Origin: Candidatus Latescibacterota bacterium
Lineage (GTDB): Bacteria > Latescibacterota > UBA2968 > GCA-2709665
Assembly (NCBI GenBank): GCA_965222075.1
Contig: OZ244937.1
Span: forward strand, 2,496,001 to 2,560,000
Reading direction: 5' to 3'
Length of the DNA: 64,000 nt
Shown: piece by piece, positions 53,842 through 63,810 of the stretch
Layout of the letters: each line of letters begins with the position of its first letter
How positions within the stretch are numbered: the stretch's first letter is position 1
Program-made: the position numbers and the translations under genes
The notes under the pieces: model-generated
Database searches by the model: none
What the model saw: the letters and a program-made list of their open reading frames with translations, nothing else
Told to the model about the DNA's origin: nothing

Positions 53842-55086
53842 TCAAATAACCTCCTGTTCGACAACCGGATAGGGCGCCAGTACCTCCTCCATCGGCCGAC
53901 ACCATTCGAAGAAGGAAAGCACCCGGAGCAACACCTCGTCCATGACAGCGTCCGGGCACGACGCGCCGCAGGTGAGAACCACATCCAGCGAGCCCCTGTC
54001 GGGCAGCCAGCCTTCGGTTGTCACGACCTGTCGGGTCTTCAGTAAAAAGTGTCGAATACAGGATTCCGAGACAACCTCATCCGCATTCTGGATGAAATAG
54101 GTCGGCATCGCCTCTTCGCACAGCGCCACAATGTGCGAAGTATTGGACGAGTTGTAGCCCCCCACCACCAGCGCTAAGTCCGCCCCGTGCTCGATCAGCG
54201 CGTAGGTCGCATTCTGGTTCTCATTGGTCGCATAGCACAGCGTATCGGAGGTATCCGCAAAGTGGTCCTTCAGATCCTCCTCCCCATAACGATCGACCAG
54301 CGCCTGCCGCAGCACCTGCGCGACCTCCCGGGTCTCCGGCGCCAGCATCGTCGTCTGGTTCACCACGCCGATCCGCTGCAGGTCCCGGTCCGGATCGAAA
54401 CCGGAGGAAGACTTATGCCCGAAGCGTTCAAAAAAGGCCTCCCTGTCCAGCTTCCCCCCAATCACATCTCCCAGAAGATGGGCCTCTTCCAGGTCCAGCA
54501 CCACCACCGTCGGCGCATTCTGGATGCTGTGTGAGAATGTTGCCCGGGTCTCCTCGTGGGTCGCCTTGCCGTGCACCACCACCGTGTAGCCCTCGTCACC
54601 TAACCGGGCGCTTCGGTTCCACACCTTCTCCACAAACGGGCAGGTCGTATTGTAGGTATAAGGGTCAATCCCCCGATCCGCCAGTTCCTTCTGGACCTCC
54701 AGCGTGGTCCCAAAAGCGGGTACCACAACAATATCCTCCAGAGCAAGTGTTTCCCACTCGACCCGTTGTTCTCCGGATGGCTCGAAGATGAACCGTATGC
54801 CACGCTCCTGCAGATCCCGGTTCACATTCGGGTTGTGGATCATCTCGCTCAGGAAGAAGATCCGCCGGTCCGGGTGCTCCTCCAGCGTCCTGTAGGCGAT
54901 CTCGATCGCATTTTCTACCCCGAAGCAGAACCCGAAATGCCGGGCTAAGACAAACCGCACCGGGCCAAAATCGAGCACCGCCGGCGAGAGGTCCCGCTTG
55001 AGCCTATCCTGCACCTGCCGGGCCTTCTTCACCCGCGAAATAATCGGACTCTTGTAAAAGGTCGGAATCTCAAACTGCCGGGCCAT
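53842..55086 (-). CDS. ispH: 4-hydroxy-3-methylbut-2-enyl diphosphate reductase
   Basis: FGFCFGV, IHNP, TCPFV, HEET, NQTT, TLCYATNE, SSNT, GASCPD. Confidence 0.96.
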   Translation of the reverse strand: MARQFEIPTFYKSPIISRVKKARQVQDRLKRDLSPAVLDFGPVRFVLARHFGFCFGVENAIEIAYRTLEEHPDRRIFFLSEMIHNPNVNRDLQERGIRFIFEPSGEQRVEWETLALEDIVVVPAFGTTLEVQKELADRGIDPYTYNTTCPFVEKVWNRSARLGDEGYTVVVHGKATHEETRATFSHSIQNAPTVVVLDLEEAHLLGDVIGGKLDREAFFERFGHKSSSGFDPDRDLQRIGVVNQTTMLAPETREVAQVLRQALVDRYGEEDLKDHFADTSDTLCYATNENQNATYALIEHGADLALVVGGYNSSNTSHIVALCEEAMPTYFIQNADEVVSESCIRHFLLKTRQVVTTEGWLPDRGSLDVVLTCGASCPDAVMDEVLLRVLSFFEWCRPMEEVLAPYPVVEQEVI

Positions 55087-55119
55087 GGGGTATCCTCAAA
55101 AACAGCGTCAAACGGCAAA

Positions 55120-55572
55120 TCATCCCGTGCTCCCAAACCCTCCCCTGCTCTCCTCTTCCATCTCTACCTCACCCACCCATTCCACCTGCGCCACCCGCAC
55201 AAAGATCCCCTGCGCCAGGCGCTCTCCCCGCGCCACCTCCACCGGCCGGTCCGTAAAATTGTACACCTGCACCCTAACCTCGTCCTCCGGCCCCCGGTAA
55301 TCCTGGTCCACAATCCCCACGCCGTTCGGGATCATCAACCCCTTCTTCAGCGGCAGGCTGCTGCGCGCGGCGATCATCAGCATGTAGCCGGGCGGCACGG
55401 CCACAATCACATTCGCAGGAACCCGATAGAGCCCCTGCGGGGGCACCGTCACCCGCTCCCGGCAGATCAGGTCGAACCCGACCGCCCCGGGCGTCTCGTG
55501 CCTGGGCAGGGGCAGCGAAGGGTCCACCCGTTTGATTCGGACCTTCAGCGCAGCATCAGCCAGGGCACTCAC
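55120..55572 (-). CDS. dut: dUTP diphosphatase
   Basis: GAVGFDL, ARSS, GIVDQDYRG, RLAQG, RGGFGSTG. Confidence 0.96.
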   Translation of the reverse strand: MSALADAALKVRIKRVDPSLPLPRHETPGAVGFDLICRERVTVPPQGLYRVPANVIVAVPPGYMLMIAARSSLPLKKGLMIPNGVGIVDQDYRGPEDEVRVQVYNFTDRPVEVARGERLAQGIFVRVAQVEWVGEVEMEEESRGGFGSTG

Positions 55573-55575
55573 TCC

Positions 55576-55790
55576 TCATGCGGCAGCGCTACGGAAGGCG
55601 CCCGTCTCAATGGACCGGTAGGCTGCCAGGGCAATCTCCGTCGCCGCACGGCCATCCGCGCCGGTCACCGGTGGGTCCTCTCCCTCAAGCACGGCCTCTG
55701 CAAACGCCCGGATCTCCTGGGCCACCGGGCTCTCCTCCTGTGACAGCTCTGATGTAGAAATCGACACCTCGTCTCCGTCGTGCCGTAGGA
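55576..55790 (-). pseudogene. C-terminal fragment of a Gfo/Idh/MocA oxidoreductase
   Basis: EIRAFAEAVLEGEDPPVTGADGRAATEIALAAYRSIETG; the N-terminal Rossmann domain is absent. Confidence 0.8.
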
Positions 55791-55799
55791 CGAATACTA

Positions 55800-55828
55800 A
55801 GTTTAACTGTCGGCACCCCCGCTGTCAA
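55800..55828 (-). promoter_or_regulatory. sigma70 promoter upstream of the fragment/dut/ispH
   Basis: TTGACA-17-TAAACT. Confidence 0.65.
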
Positions 55829-55902
55829 CAGTTTTCACAAAACCGGTGACTCCCACAAACGCAAGATAGCTCCGCCCCGTCAATTTCGGTTGACATCCGG
55901 CG

Positions 55903-55921
55903 GATAATGTACATCATTATC
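55903..55921. promoter_or_regulatory. Fur-box-like operator
   Basis: GATAATGTACATCATTATC, 16/19 identical to the classical GATAATGATAATCATTATC; lies just downstream of TTGACA at 55890. Confidence 0.6.
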
Positions 55922-55983
55922 TACACCCTGTGGGGTAGGGCAAGGGAATCACCCCGTAAGAAAAAACAAAACATGAGGGTGTA

Positions 55984-57966
55984 ATGGTCTCCAAAACCGA
56001 GGAAAAAGAGTGGCTCAGGTATCTCATCCCGCTCCCCCACGAGATATCCATCCAGGACAGAATCGAATGTCACCCCAGAGACATCTCGATTCAGGTGAGC
56101 CCGGATGCGGGTGAAATCGAAAAAAACGCGGCCGCCGAACTGGAACGGCTATTTGTCGAAAAAGCCGGTGTGAAACCTGCAGGCCAAGGCTTTGAAATCC
56201 TCATCGGCGTCGCAGACCCCCAGGGGAAGTTAGGAGGCCATTCGGTCGATGTCCAGAGGCTCAACCGGCTTCCGAACAAAGAACAGGCCTACGTCATCCA
56301 GCCCAGGGGCAGCAGGGGTCTGCTGCTGGCGGCCCTGGATGGGAGAGGGGGGTACTATGCGGTCAGGACGCTGTACCAGCTCCTCGAATCGAAAATCTCC
56401 AAAGACCGCGTCTCGATCCCCCTGGTAACCGCGACGGACTGGCCGGATATGAACGAGCGGGGGATGTGGAACTTCCCCGACCTCGAAACCTGGATTCCCT
56501 GGATGTCGTCGATCAAACTGAACTACGGCAAAATGGCGTCCACGAAACTGGCAACCGTAGAGCGGGGCAAACCGAATCGAGCGACCATAAACAAAGACTC
56601 CATGCAGAAAGCACGCCTGAAGGCATTTAACTATCTGCCCTATATCCTGCATCTGAACTTCCTGAACGACTGCGGCCTGTTCACGGCCTATCCCGAACTG
56701 GCCGGAGTGGGAGACGGCGCGCTGGCCGGGCGGTATTTTGCGCACAAACAGGGCGACCAGCACCGGGCGCCCTGCGCCTCTAACCCCCTCCTGGCCGAAA
56801 TCCTCGCCGAGTGGATGGCCGACATCGCCTCGCAGGGCGCCGACGAAGTGAGCTGCTGGCTCAGCGAGCGTCCCTGCCAGTGCGGCTGCGTCAACTGTAC
56901 CGCAGTAGGCCAGTTCGTGCTGGAATCCCGCGCCTTTGTGGCGGCCTGGGAGGAAGTCCGCAAACACTACCCGGACTTGCAAATCCGCATCTTCCTGTCC
57001 ACCACAACAACCGTAAGAAACTACAGGGTCCTGGCGGAACTGCCTCCCGAAGTCAAAATCGAGCGGGCCTGCGCCACAGGCCTCGAACGCGTGACCCGCA
57101 TCCCCAGAGACCTGCTGGCCAACCCGCTCCTGGACCACGACGCGGCCCAGGGCCGGTGGATCGCCAGCTACGACGTGCCCATTGGCGCAAACGGGCTGGT
57201 GGACACCCCCGAATTCAAGGTTCCCCAGTCCTCCGCACACCGCATCAGGGACTTCGTCGGCCAGCTCATCCGCCGCAACTACAGCGGCGCCTATGGCATG
57301 ATGGCCTGGTCCAGTCTGGGCGTGGAAACGTCCGGATTTAACATCCACGCCCTCGCCGAATGGTCCTGGAACCTGAACGGGCGTAGCGAAAAGGAATTCG
57401 CGGTCGCCTGGGCCACGCGCGGTAGCTATGAGCACCCCGATGCAGTGGGCGAATGGGCCGAACTCCTGGGGCCTGTGGAATTCGACGTCTACGACTCGGA
57501 TTTTCCCATCTGTTATTCCTGGGGCAAGGCGATTGCCATGGTGCAGAACAAGCAGCGGCCCTATCTGGGGGAGGGGATATTCCGGTATTATACGGATGAT
57601 GGTGCTTTCGACCGCAAAAAAGCGGTCTGCGATCAGGCCCTGGAGATCGCAAAAGGCTTCGAGAACCTTGATCTGGCCAATGAGACCCGTATCGTCCGCT
57701 CCTACGTCGAACTCGCCAGGTGTGTCTACCAGATAGCCGAACAGGTGGCCACCCTCGACTTAACCGACCCGACCGTTCAGGACAAACTGCGCGAATCGAT
57801 CGCAGACCTGGAACAGGCGGGCGAGGGGAACGCCGCTACCATAAAAACCTGGCGGAGCGCGCTGGGGCCGGAGCCGTGGCACCACAGAGTGCACGATGCG
57901 ATCAAAGCGACCGAAACAACCGTTCGGGAAATCTCCAGGTTTGTGTCCGAACGGTATCTTTATTAA
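55984..57966 (+). CDS. Glycoside hydrolase family 20 zincin-like N-terminal domain protein
   Basis: LIPLPHEI, EQAYVIQ, GGYYAVRTLYQLL, TDWPDMNERG; catalytic domain not recognisable. Confidence 0.7.
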   Translation: MVSKTEEKEWLRYLIPLPHEISIQDRIECHPRDISIQVSPDAGEIEKNAAAELERLFVEKAGVKPAGQGFEILIGVADPQGKLGGHSVDVQRLNRLPNKEQAYVIQPRGSRGLLLAALDGRGGYYAVRTLYQLLESKISKDRVSIPLVTATDWPDMNERGMWNFPDLETWIPWMSSIKLNYGKMASTKLATVERGKPNRATINKDSMQKARLKAFNYLPYILHLNFLNDCGLFTAYPELAGVGDGALAGRYFAHKQGDQHRAPCASNPLLAEILAEWMADIASQGADEVSCWLSERPCQCGCVNCTAVGQFVLESRAFVAAWEEVRKHYPDLQIRIFLSTTTTVRNYRVLAELPPEVKIERACATGLERVTRIPRDLLANPLLDHDAAQGRWIASYDVPIGANGLVDTPEFKVPQSSAHRIRDFVGQLIRRNYSGAYGMMAWSSLGVETSGFNIHALAEWSWNLNGRSEKEFAVAWATRGSYEHPDAVGEWAELLGPVEFDVYDSDFPICYSWGKAIAMVQNKQRPYLGEGIFRYYTDDGAFDRKKAVCDQALEIAKGFENLDLANETRIVRSYVELARCVYQIAEQVATLDLTDPTVQDKLRESIADLEQAGEGNAATIKTWRSALGPEPWHHRVHDAIKATETTVREISRFVSERYLY

Positions 57967-58145
57967 AATTCTCGGCAAACGGCAAACAGGGTGGGGAGAC
58001 GATCCTGTGAGCCGGAGACAGGCGTTAGCCAATCGTCCGGGGCGGCGCCCCCTCTACCCTTCCCTGGAACCCCGGTTTCCGGATTTGGGAGAGGTGGCAC
58101 ATTTCACGTTTCACGTCTGCCGTCTGCCCTTTCACAGGAGACTCT

Positions 58146-59201
58146 ATGCCCGTTATCTCTCACACGGTTCTGCGACAGTTCGGCTACGCCATCTTCCAGG
58201 CCGCGGGCCTGCCTGAAGACCAGACCCGTATCGTTACCGACCATCTCGTCAACGCCAACTTGGTGGGGCACGACTCTCACGGCATGATGCGGCTCCCCGG
58301 ATATGCCCGTGCCCTGCGCAGGGGAGGCATCCGGCCTGCCGGAAACCACGAAATCGTTCGGGAGACCCCCGCATCCCTCGTCATAGACGCAAACTGGGGC
58401 ATCGGCATTGTCGTGGCCCACCAGGCCATGCAGATGGCCGTGGATCGGGCGGTACAGCATACCCTGGGCGCCGTGGCCGTCCACCGGTCCAGCCACATCG
58501 GCCGCCTGGGCGACTTTCCACCCCGGGCCGCAGAACAGGACTGCGTCGGCATCCTCATCCTCAACGGCGGTGGCCGTTTTACCGCCCCCTTTGGCGGCAC
58601 CGCCCGCCGTCTCCCGCCCAACCCCATCGCCATTAGCGTGCCCACCCACCACGGCCCACCCATGATGCTCGACATCACCACCAGCATGGCCGCCGGGGGC
58701 AAAGTCGACATCTACCGTGCCCGGAACCAGCCCCTTCCCGAAGGCTGGCTCATCGACCGGGAAGGCAACCCCGTGACCGACCCGGACGCCTTCCGGGCAG
58801 GCGATGTGGCCATGCTCCCCTTAGGCGGTGCGGCCGGCCACAAGGGCTATGGCCTGTCCATGATGATCGACGCAATTGCCGGAGGGCTGTCCCGGGCCGG
58901 ATGCAGCGCCGAACATCCCACCCGGGGCGGCAGCGGCTTTCTGGCCCTCGCGGTCAAAATCGAAAGCTTTATCGACCTGGATGACTTCAAGCGGGAAGTA
59001 CAGGTCCTCATCGACTGGGTCAAATCCTCTCCCACCCAGACCGGCGTGGACCGGATCTACCTCCCCGGCGAAATCGAAGACGAAACCCGCCAGCAGAGGG
59101 AGGTCGAAGGCATCTTCCTGGAAGCGTCTACCTGGAGCGACATTCTGGATGTCGCCGGAGAACTGGACATCCCCCAACCGGAAACCGGAGGCGCCCCATG
59201 A
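58146..59201 (+). CDS. Ldh_2-family (malate/lactate/ureidoglycolate-type) dehydrogenase
   Basis: GHDSHG, SHIGRLG, NPIA, LDITTS, GHKGYGL, YLPGE. Confidence 0.92.
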   Translation: MPVISHTVLRQFGYAIFQAAGLPEDQTRIVTDHLVNANLVGHDSHGMMRLPGYARALRRGGIRPAGNHEIVRETPASLVIDANWGIGIVVAHQAMQMAVDRAVQHTLGAVAVHRSSHIGRLGDFPPRAAEQDCVGILILNGGGRFTAPFGGTARRLPPNPIAISVPTHHGPPMMLDITTSMAAGGKVDIYRARNQPLPEGWLIDREGNPVTDPDAFRAGDVAMLPLGGAAGHKGYGLSMMIDAIAGGLSRAGCSAEHPTRGGSGFLALAVKIESFIDLDDFKREVQVLIDWVKSSPTQTGVDRIYLPGEIEDETRQQREVEGIFLEASTWSDILDVAGELDIPQPETGGAP

Positions 59202-59443
59202 GGGTTCAGGAACTCATCGACTTCTACCTCGCCATTCGCACGCCCGGACAGCTCCTGGGATTCGACCCGGTCTTCAGCCAGAAACTGGATGGCCTCAAAG
59301 GTGCCATTCAAACCTACTACGGCAGCCAGGAAGTCTGGCTGGCTCTGCCCGAAGATACGGAACTGCCAGAAGAGATTGCCAAAATGGTGCAGGACCTCAT
59401 AGAAAAATATCAGGCGTGGAACAAGGGTGAGGATGGAACATAA
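59198..59443 (+). CDS. Hypothetical protein
   Basis: ATGA overlap with the upstream stop, GGAGG RBS, host codon usage. Confidence 0.7.
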   Translation: MRVQELIDFYLAIRTPGQLLGFDPVFSQKLDGLKGAIQTYYGSQEVWLALPEDTELPEEIAKMVQDLIEKYQAWNKGEDGT

Positions 59444-59554
59444 ATTTAGCTTCTTCGCCTGCGGACAACCAGCCAGAGGGAAACAGCAAGGGCAGCGCCG
59501 TCGCCACATCAGGATGGTCTGACCCCAGGGCCTCCTTTTTTTCCGAGATATCCC

Positions 59555-62188
59555 ATGCCTTCTCACACACCTCGTTCCATCACAAAATTCTGCAAAACCG
59601 TTCTTCCCCTGCTCCACAAACACACGGACGGACGGCGCACCCTCAACGACATTGCCGCAATTGCGGAAACCGACCGCTGGAACTCCTTCGACCGCTTCCA
59701 CGAAACCACGGAAACCCTTGTCCGGCGCTACACGGATGCGGGCGCTGTCGCCGAGGTCCACCCCATCCAGACGGGCGGCCGGATCGGATCGGGCCGCTGG
59801 ATCATCCACGAGGCCGCCGACGTGCGGTCGGCAACCGTGGACATCGTCAAACCCGTCCGGCAGCGCATCCTCGACTACAGAGAGAACCCCTGGCACGTCG
59901 TCCAGTGGAGCGGGGCTACCCCCCGGGGCGGGATGGTCAACGAACTCGTCGTCGTAGATGACGTGAAGGCACTCCAGCGCATGCCTGTGGGAGCGCTCGC
60001 CGGCAAGATGGTCCTTACACAAATCGACGTTCGCAGCGACATGCGAATATTTGCCGAAAAAGGGGCCGCGGGGGTTATCTACGACCGCCCGGTGCCTCAC
60101 CTGCCCAATGCCACGCCCTGGACCAAGTTCGGCTGGGGCGGCATCCCCATCGAAAACGCCCCCTTTCACCTGGTCGGACTTGTGCTCTCCGGCAATGAGG
60201 GAAAAAGAGTTCGCAGACTCGTGCAAAAACACGGCAGCCTCACCCTGCGCACCAGAGTCGACATCCGAAAATACGTGGGCACCCACGACATGGTCAGCGG
60301 CGTCGTCAAAGGCGCAGACGACCCGCAGGATGAGGTCTGGGTGCTTGCACACAGCGCCGAACCCGGCGCGCTCGACAACGCCTCGGGCGTTGCGCTCTGC
60401 CTGGAAATCGCCCGCATCATCGAGAGCCTGGTCGCCAGGGGGCTGCTGCCCCGTCCCCGGCGGTCGATAAGACTGCTCAACGCCTACGAATGTCACGGCT
60501 TCTTCAAATACCTGGAAGACGTAAGGCGTCTGCAGACCCCGCTGGCCGGTGTGGTCATCGATACCGTTGGGTCCAGACCCGGAGTCTGCAACGGCCGGCT
60601 CGAATGGCACGCCACCATCCCCATGTCGGCGGGGTTTGTGGACCGCGTAGGTGAAGCCATCATTCGCGCTGCACTGCGCCTCAATAACCCCGGCTACAAA
60701 CTCTACCTCGAACCCTTTATGTCCACCTCGGACACCCTCATCGGAGATCCGAAATACGGGTTTCCCTGCCCCTGGATCACCACCCACCACCGCGATGTGA
60801 ACACGGCCTCCTACGCCTATCACACCTCCGCCGACACCGTGGACCTCGTAAGCCCGCGGGGGCTGGCCGCCTGCGCCACTGCCATGGCCGGCTACCTCTA
60901 CTACCTGGCCGATGCCGGCAGCCGGGAGGTCGTGGACCTGGCAGCGGCGGAAACGCGTAGAACGCTGGATCGGCTTCAGCGCCAGCATAAAAAAATCTCC
61001 GAGGCCCAGGCGGCCTACATACGCAACGAACACCACGTCACCACGCAAAAGCTCCAGCGCTGGATGTGGGGTGGGGACCGCTCGGCAATCCTTTCCCGCC
61101 TCGCCGACTGCGAGCGCCGGGTGCGAGAAGCGGCCGAAAGAGCCGGTCGAAAGCAGGTGCGCAACCAGAAGCGGCGTGTGCCGGGTGCCTCCCGCGTCCC
61201 CCACCGCACCGCACCGCTCTCCCCCATACCCGAAAACATGCCTGCCGCCATCTCCAAACACATCGGAAGCGCAAAGCTCTCGTCCTGGGCGCTGTTCTGG
61301 GCGGACGGCAACCGCACACTCCTGGAAATTGCCGAGGCCATCTCCTGTGAAACGGAGCAGAACGTCGCCCTCAAGCGCGTTGTTACCTTCTTTGAAGCCC
61401 ACGCAGAACTCGGATACGTCAACCTGTTCGACCAGAAAGAGATGATCTTGAAGGCGCGGCTCGTCTCCGACCTCAAGGCCCTGGGCCTGGAGCGCGGCAT
61501 GGATGTCATAGTACACAGCTCCCTGTCCGCAATCGGCCACGTCATCGGCGGTCCCGACACAGTGATTGACGCCCTCCTGACCGTCATCGGCAAAAAGAGC
61601 ACACTGATGATGCCCTCCTTCAACCACGCCAGCGCAGTGGTCTACAACCCCATGACCACGCCGACCACCAACGGGGCGGTTCCCGACGCCTTCTGGCGCC
61701 GCCCCGAGGCGGTGCGCAGCCTGCAGCCCACCCACCCTGTTGCGGCCATCGGTCCCAGGGCCGAAGCCTACTGCCACGGCCATCTCGAAAACGGCATCTG
61801 GGCGCCCGACAGCCCCATCGGCCGACTCATCTACGGGGGAGGCTACGTCCTCTCCCTGGGCGTGGACCACAACGCCACCACCGCCTACCACGTGGCCGAA
61901 ATCCAGCTTCCGTGCGGCTGCATCGACTCCTTCGGCAACACCGACCGCATCGTCAGACCCGACGGCAGCGTTCAGGAAGTCCCCGGCCTCGCCTTCCGTT
62001 CCGGGGTCTGTCCCATCTCACCCGGCAAACTCAACACGACCCTCGACCGATGCAAACGCCAGAAACACGGCTGGGTCGGCAACGCGCCATCGACCCTGGT
62101 AAAAGCGATCGACGTCTGGAAAGCGCGCACCGACCATCTAAAAAACGTCTGCCCCACCTGCACGATTAAACCCAGAATAAGGACGTGA
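59555..62188 (+). CDS. M28/DUF4910-like metallopeptidase + wHTH + AAC(3)-family N-acetyltransferase fusion
   Basis: LAHSAEPGALDNASG, YE, SD, YHTSADT; WADGNRTLLEIAE; VHSSLSAIGHVIGG, LMMPSF, RSLQPTHP, LGVDHNATTAYHVAE. Confidence 0.85.
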   Translation: MPSHTPRSITKFCKTVLPLLHKHTDGRRTLNDIAAIAETDRWNSFDRFHETTETLVRRYTDAGAVAEVHPIQTGGRIGSGRWIIHEAADVRSATVDIVKPVRQRILDYRENPWHVVQWSGATPRGGMVNELVVVDDVKALQRMPVGALAGKMVLTQIDVRSDMRIFAEKGAAGVIYDRPVPHLPNATPWTKFGWGGIPIENAPFHLVGLVLSGNEGKRVRRLVQKHGSLTLRTRVDIRKYVGTHDMVSGVVKGADDPQDEVWVLAHSAEPGALDNASGVALCLEIARIIESLVARGLLPRPRRSIRLLNAYECHGFFKYLEDVRRLQTPLAGVVIDTVGSRPGVCNGRLEWHATIPMSAGFVDRVGEAIIRAALRLNNPGYKLYLEPFMSTSDTLIGDPKYGFPCPWITTHHRDVNTASYAYHTSADTVDLVSPRGLAACATAMAGYLYYLADAGSREVVDLAAAETRRTLDRLQRQHKKISEAQAAYIRNEHHVTTQKLQRWMWGGDRSAILSRLADCERRVREAAERAGRKQVRNQKRRVPGASRVPHRTAPLSPIPENMPAAISKHIGSAKLSSWALFWADGNRTLLEIAEAISCETEQNVALKRVVTFFEAHAELGYVNLFDQKEMILKARLVSDLKALGLERGMDVIVHSSLSAIGHVIGGPDTVIDALLTVIGKKSTLMMPSFNHASAVVYNPMTTPTTNGAVPDAFWRRPEAVRSLQPTHPVAAIGPRAEAYCHGHLENGIWAPDSPIGRLIYGGGYVLSLGVDHNATTAYHVAEIQLPCGCIDSFGNTDRIVRPDGSVQEVPGLAFRSGVCPISPGKLNTTLDRCKRQKHGWVGNAPSTLVKAIDVWKARTDHLKNVCPTCTIKPRIRT

Positions 62189-62299
62189 AACGGCAAACGG
62201 TCCCCTCCACCCTACCCCAAAGCCCTGGCTCCGGCTTCCGGTAGGTGATGTGTGGGGACGTTTCACGTTTCACATCCCCAACAAGGAGACCAACCGCCG

Positions 62300-63610
62300 A
62301 TGAAAACCGACCGATCGGCCGAACTGTTCGCCGAAAGCTCCAAATACCTGGCGATGGGCGTCTCTTCGGGGATGCGAAAGGCCGTCACCGCCCCCCCGCT
62401 CTTTTTCAAGCGCGCAGAGGGATCTTACTACTTCGATGTGGACGGCAACAAACTGCTGGACTACACCCTCGCCTGGGGGCCCCTCATCCTGGGGTCCAAC
62501 CATCCGGCTCTCAACGCCGCTGTTGTTGAGGCGGTTCAGAAGTCCTACACCCTGGGTGCCCAGCATCCGGGCGAAGTGGAACTCGCCAGACGCCTCACCG
62601 AACTCCTCCCCGGAGTCGAACAGGTCATCCTCTCCAACACCGGTTCCGAAGCTGTCCAGGCCGCCTTCCGCCTGGCCCGCGCGGCCACCGGCCGCAGCAA
62701 GATCCTCAAATTCGAGGGCCACTACCACGGCTGGCTCAACAACACCTTAGTCAGCTATCACGCCCCCGAAGCGGCCATGGGTCCGCTCGAATCGCCCCAC
62801 ATTGTCCCCGCCTGCGAGGGCCAGCCCCCCTCCGAGTACGCCGAGACCCTGGTCCTGCCCTGGAACCGCCTCGACCTGCTCGAAGAGACCTTCGCCGAAA
62901 AAGGATCGGAAATCGCCGCCGTCATCGCCGAACCCATCCTCGCCAATTCCGGTTCCATCATGCCCGGGGAGGGATACCTGGAGGGCCTGGTCGACCTCTG
63001 CCGCCGCTGGGGCGCCGTCTCCATCTTCGACGAGGTCATCACCGGCTTTCGCATCGCCCTGGGCGGCGCCCGCGAATACTTCGGCCTGCAGCCCGACCTC
63101 TCCGTGTACGCAAAGGCGCTTGCGGGCGGCTTCACCCTGGCCGCAGTCGGCGGGCGCCGGGGCCTGTTCGACGTGCTTCGGGAGGGCAAGACCATCCACG
63201 CCGGGACATACAACGGCAGCTCGATCAACTTAGCCGCCGGCATCGCCACCCTGAATGTCCTCAGCGCCGACCCCGACGCTTATACCCGTATGCACGCGCA
63301 CGGGAATGCCATTCGTGAAACCTTTGAAAAGGGTGCAAAAGCCAGAGGCCTCACCCTCTGCACCTCGGGGGTAGGCACCGTCTTCACCATCCACTTCGGC
63401 GTCTCTGTGCCCCCCACCCACTACCGGGAATGCGCCTCGGTAGACACTGATCTCTACACCCGCTTCCGCGCTCAGATGCTCGAGGACGGCATCCAGCTCT
63501 TACCCGACGGCCGCTGGTACGTGGGCCTGATGCACACGGAGAAAGAACTGGCCCTCACACAGGCCGCCATCCAAAAAGGCCTCACCGTGCTTTCCCGGCT
63601 CAAAGCGTGA
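62300..63610 (+). CDS. Class III aminotransferase (glutamate-1-semialdehyde aminomutase-like)
   Basis: NTGSEA, KFEGHYHG, IFDEVITGFR, PDLSVYAKAL, HAGTYNG. Confidence 0.9.
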   Translation: MKTDRSAELFAESSKYLAMGVSSGMRKAVTAPPLFFKRAEGSYYFDVDGNKLLDYTLAWGPLILGSNHPALNAAVVEAVQKSYTLGAQHPGEVELARRLTELLPGVEQVILSNTGSEAVQAAFRLARAATGRSKILKFEGHYHGWLNNTLVSYHAPEAAMGPLESPHIVPACEGQPPSEYAETLVLPWNRLDLLEETFAEKGSEIAAVIAEPILANSGSIMPGEGYLEGLVDLCRRWGAVSIFDEVITGFRIALGGAREYFGLQPDLSVYAKALAGGFTLAAVGGRRGLFDVLREGKTIHAGTYNGSSINLAAGIATLNVLSADPDAYTRMHAHGNAIRETFEKGAKARGLTLCTSGVGTVFTIHFGVSVPPTHYRECASVDTDLYTRFRAQMLEDGIQLLPDGRWYVGLMHTEKELALTQAAIQKGLTVLSRLKA

Positions 63611-63713
63611 GGGGGGCAGGCGCCCACAAGGGGCTTTTCCGCGCGGTTCCCTCCATCACCTGTTCGGCGTATCCCGGACCTTTTGGGAGTTACGGGGCTG
63701 GTTTGGAAAACCC

Positions 63714-63742
63714 TTGACAACGCAATAGCATTATCGTAAACT
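63714..63742 (+). promoter_or_regulatory. sigma70 promoter
   Basis: TTGACA-17-TAAACT. Confidence 0.65.
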
Positions 63743-63810
63743 GATTTTAGGATCAGGTTGTTTTTCCAGTTCAGAATCAACAGTAGAGAAACAGGCTCGG
63801 AGGACATTGT

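Noticed and set aside
59057-61891. 944-aa minus-strand ORF
   Set aside because: Antisense shadow of the motif-rich plus-strand genes, typical of high-GC DNA; it has no motifs of its own.
62300-63610. Calling this gene hemL
   Set aside because: Motifs diverge (MGVSS, HAGTYNG) and the context is not tetrapyrrole synthesis, so it is left at family level.
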